A stretch of DNA of 54,490 nucleotides from contig CAYMZN010000004.1 in the NCBI GenBank assembly GCA_964394935.1, positions 1 to 54,490 of the forward strand. Direction: 5' to 3'. Numbering within the stretch: position 1 is the stretch's first letter; every line of letters begins with the position of its first letter. The position numbers were made by a program, and so were the translations under genes. Under the pieces are notes generated by a model that was given only the letters and a program-made list of their open reading frames with translations, did no database searches and was not told the origin of the DNA. Below are positions 52,232-54,490 of this stretch, piece after piece. The DNA comes from an uncultured Candidatus Bathyarchaeia archaeon (GTDB taxonomy: Archaea; Thermoproteota; Bathyarchaeia; 40CM-2-53-6).

Positions 52232-52579
52232 ATTGCGTTGCTTTTTCCAACTATTGGGCAAAAGTGAGTGGAAACCCCAGTTCCTTCAGATTCTAATTCT
52301 CCTGTTCGTGGACGGTAGCGAGGACATTGAACCGTGATGAGAAAAGTCTCAGCCTCTCGTGAGGTCATGCAGAAAGAAGTCAGTGGAGTTCCCGTCCTGA
52401 TCTGCATCAACAAAGTCGATATCGCTACACGTGAACATTTGGATAAAGTGCTTGGGGAAACCCGCAAGATATTCGGAGCAGAAGAAATACTGGAGATAAG
52501 TGCGAAGACAGGAGTCAACGTACCATATCTTCTGCGGAAAATATCCGAGAGACTTACCTTGGCGGCTCCAAGAACATGA
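52232..52579 (+). pseudogene. remnant of a small (MMR_HSR1/Era-like) GTPase
   Basis: ORF 52334-52579 encodes only the G4 (INKVD) and G5 (ISAKTG) half. Upstream in the same frame is a degenerate P-loop-like IALLFPTIGQK followed by stops at 52265, 52316 and 52328. LLFVDGSEDIEP lies in another frame. The G1-to-G4 spacing is about 50 aa shorter than in an intact G domain. Confidence 0.5.
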
Positions 52580-52686
52580 TCGTGGACCACTACCATGCGA
52601 GGAACTCGAGAAACCCAAAGGGCCTCCACCAGCTATCCTGAAGTACAGGTGCCGACATACAAAGGCCCAACGTGGGACAAGGTAGC

Positions 52687-52797
52687 ATGGCACATAAATT
52701 GAGCAGGGCAGACTATGTGATGCGAAAGCGACAGAAGAAAAAGCAACGCATGAGGAAGCGCACGAAATCAAGCAGAAATCCTAGCCGATTCAGATGA
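52687..52797 (+). CDS. tiny, extremely basic ORF (36 aa); possibly a ribosomal-protein-like peptide
   Basis: Translated by hand: MAHKLSRADYVMRKRQKKKQRMRKRTKSSRNPSRFR. Its composition is reminiscent of L41e-type peptides. There is no other support. Confidence 0.2.
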   Translation: MAHKLSRADYVMRKRQKKKQRMRKRTKSSRNPSRFR

Positions 52798-52934
52798 TCC
52801 TCGCTCGCACCGGGCAAGCTTCAAGGAGAGTACCCTCTGGGCTTTGCGACTCAAGGTTCTGAGGTGGGAAACGCGCCGCCCCTCAATATCTGCTTGCGAC
52901 AAATTTTGGTTTAAAGAACATTCCGGTTAGGCTA

Positions 52935-53162
52935 CTACAGCCTTCGCTCCTTGAACAACCTTTCAAGAAGCACTGGCAAGTCCTCATGGTTCCTCGCAGC
53001 TTGATCATCCAAGCTGCTTTGCTGCTCTTTCGTAAGTAGCTGCCAGCAGTGAACGATCTCATCAGTGGTTTCGTATGTGTGAGTTCCGCCCTGCCTCCTA
53101 TTATGCCGGCGAACGGCTACACTGATCCTTGCCATAAATAGAGATACGTGAAGGACACTCAA
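52935..53162 (-). CDS. hypothetical protein
   Basis: 75-aa ORF with an alternative ATG giving 66 aa. No motif recognised. It is the only ORF in this gap. Confidence 0.25.
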   Translation of the reverse strand: MSVLHVSLFMARISVAVRRHNRRQGGTHTYETTDEIVHCWQLLTKEQQSSLDDQAARNHEDLPVLLERLFKERRL

Positions 53163-53247
53163 TAGCCTCTCGGTTCAGATCGCAGGTACGCATAGGCTGG
53201 CTGGGACAAGGGTCCTTGGTCGGCTCTCCAATACATGACGATCTGCA

Positions 53248-53487
53248 ATGGCTACATTCCAAGAATGCCCTTGCTATGGAACACTTGGCCTAGGTTCACC
53301 AGTGAAAGAAGTTCTAGTAAACGACATTTTACTAGAGTCGGGATTCATCCCATATCGTTTGTGGGGTTATTATGATTCTCCGTCTTACATGATAGGTGGA
53401 ACTTTGCCAATAGAAGTTGCAGTCTTATACTTTTTCTTAGGGATGACTGCCGCTGTTTACGTACTATACAGATTGGAAAAGCAGTGA
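53248..53487 (+). CDS. short membrane protein resembling the C-terminal part of a lycopene-cyclase domain (possible fragment)
   Basis: 79 aa. RLWGYYDSPSYMIGGTLPIEVAVLYFFLGM resembles the W.y....G..iPiEE..ff motif of CrtYc/d-type domains. The sequence here is visibly more AT-rich than its surroundings. Confidence 0.3.
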   Translation: MATFQECPCYGTLGLGSPVKEVLVNDILLESGFIPYRLWGYYDSPSYMIGGTLPIEVAVLYFFLGMTAAVYVLYRLEKQ

Positions 53488-54389
53488 AAAGTGAAGCATC
53501 CCATGCACAAAGTCTTCAATGACATATGGAAGATCTATCCCAAGAACATGCTCAAAAACCGCACCTGGCACTGGTGGTGGATTCAGTTTTTCGAAAACCC
53601 AGACAATCCCGAATTCCTCAGGCAGCTCATGCTCCTTTGGGGCACCCGGAACTGAGCTAGGCCGATTCGAATATGTCCAAGGCTTCGGTTTCTTTGAAGT
53701 CTCTTTCCAGAACTTCAACATCACGCTTTGCCCTACAGAACCCTTCGTGAGCTTCGCCGACGGCTACGTTAACCTCCTTTAATGCGTGATCTTCCAAGAA
53801 GCGATAAGGTAGCTTCAACGGGTAATCAGTAATGGTTGCGCCGGGGACCACAGGTACTCCGACACTTAGGCCATATCTGGCAAAGATCTCTTCCAAAGGT
53901 CTACTGTATCTCTGAAGCACCTTCCAGATAGCTCCCTCTTCGCCAACCCCGGAGTCGTCGATCGGATCCTCCCTATATCCTGTAGCTGACGACGGGCACC
54001 ACAGCCAATCTGGGCATGAATCGAATGCTTTCAAAGCATTCTCAATCGCTTTGGGCTTCTCCTTCTCAATCTCTATCTTCATCTTCCTAAGCTCTTCAGG
54101 AGACAGTTGATCGATGCGTGAAGCGTTTTTCTCCACAAGTCTTCTTATTGCCGAATCAACAAAACCGGGAAAGGCCTCTCGAAGTTTTTGTACTAGGACG
54201 GTCTTACTTTCGAGCAGTTGCTGTTGGCTTTTCTCTAGCTCCGTACGCGCCAGATCCAGTCGTTGTTGGATCTCCTTTGAAGTTGGCAGGGTGCGTTCGC
54301 CTCCTAGTGGTACTCCGCCCGCCTCCTTGTAACATCTTCTCTTGCTCTTCGCTAAGAGAGCCGACGACGAAGAGTCGCCTCTCTCCCAT
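53464..54389 (-). pseudogene. hypothetical coiled-coil protein gene broken by two apparent frameshifts
   Basis: Three consecutive minus-strand ORF pieces lie in three frames (54389..54204, 54136..53657 and 53724..53464). The middle frame stays protein-like (KEIQQRLDLARTELEKSQQQLLESKTVLVQKLREAFPGF...) for about 190 nt upstream of its first possible start codon. Confidence 0.45.
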
Positions 54390-54490
54390 GCATGTCCTCC
54401 TCCTGACGGTTCAAACTACGCCGCCGGCACCATGGATGGCTGATTGGGTGCCGCATGGCCCTCTCGTAGTATGATTCACTCAAGACGCAC

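Noticed and set aside
52030-52629. 199-aa minus-strand ORF spanning the aIF-1A 3' end and the GTPase remnant
   Set aside because: It overlaps the well-supported eif1a gene and the NKxD/SAK-encoding frame. Its sequence is Ser/Arg/Thr-rich with no recognisable domain.
1-54490. Search for rRNA, tRNA, CRISPR arrays, integrases, transposases or terminal inverted repeats
   Set aside because: None were recognised by eye in any intergenic gap of 150 nt or more, or among the ORFs. A dedicated scan (tRNAscan-SE, Infernal/Rfam, CRISPR finders) would be needed to exclude small RNAs.

Overview
This window is an archaeal chromosomal segment, gene-dense on both strands and moderately GC-rich by eye. I found no rRNA, tRNA, CRISPR array, transposase or integrase. 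Archaeal identity rests on fibrillarin and Nop5, aIF-1A, an ATP-dependent DNA ligase, a type III RuBisCO, RNase HII, a THEP1 NTPase, UPF0216, and a TFE-beta/RPC34-like winged-helix protein with four Cys. The metabolism looks like an anaerobic peptide or organic-acid degrader: glutamate dehydrogenase, a four-subunit 2-oxoacid:ferredoxin oxidoreductase, an acyl-CoA dehydrogenase with FixCX and EtfBA, glycine dehydrogenase GcvPA/PB, an aldehyde:ferredoxin oxidoreductase remnant and glycerate 2-kinase. The most system-like locus is 11.6-16.6 kb. It holds two tandem eIF2B-family (ribose-1,5-bisphosphate isomerase-like) paralogs, a ribose-phosphate pyrophosphokinase and a bona fide type III RuBisCO, with a convergent LOG/TIGR00725-like gene and no AMP phosphorylase in the window. 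That arrangement suggests a PRPP-fed variant of the pentose-bisphosphate pathway. Other notable loci are an ABC importer with no binding protein (fused double permease, two different ATPases, a DUF47 protein), a tiny Lys-rich/(Ala-Pro)n protein, and two convergent regulator plus ABC-2 exporter modules. There is also an unusual density of disrupted genes: a frameshifted DUF47, a 5'-truncated AOR, an SDR without a canonical start, a ChrB-like/PadR junction, a GTPase remnant and a doubly frameshifted hypothetical. These are concentrated in the last 9.5 kb. All family assignments come from motif recognition by eye, not from database searches.
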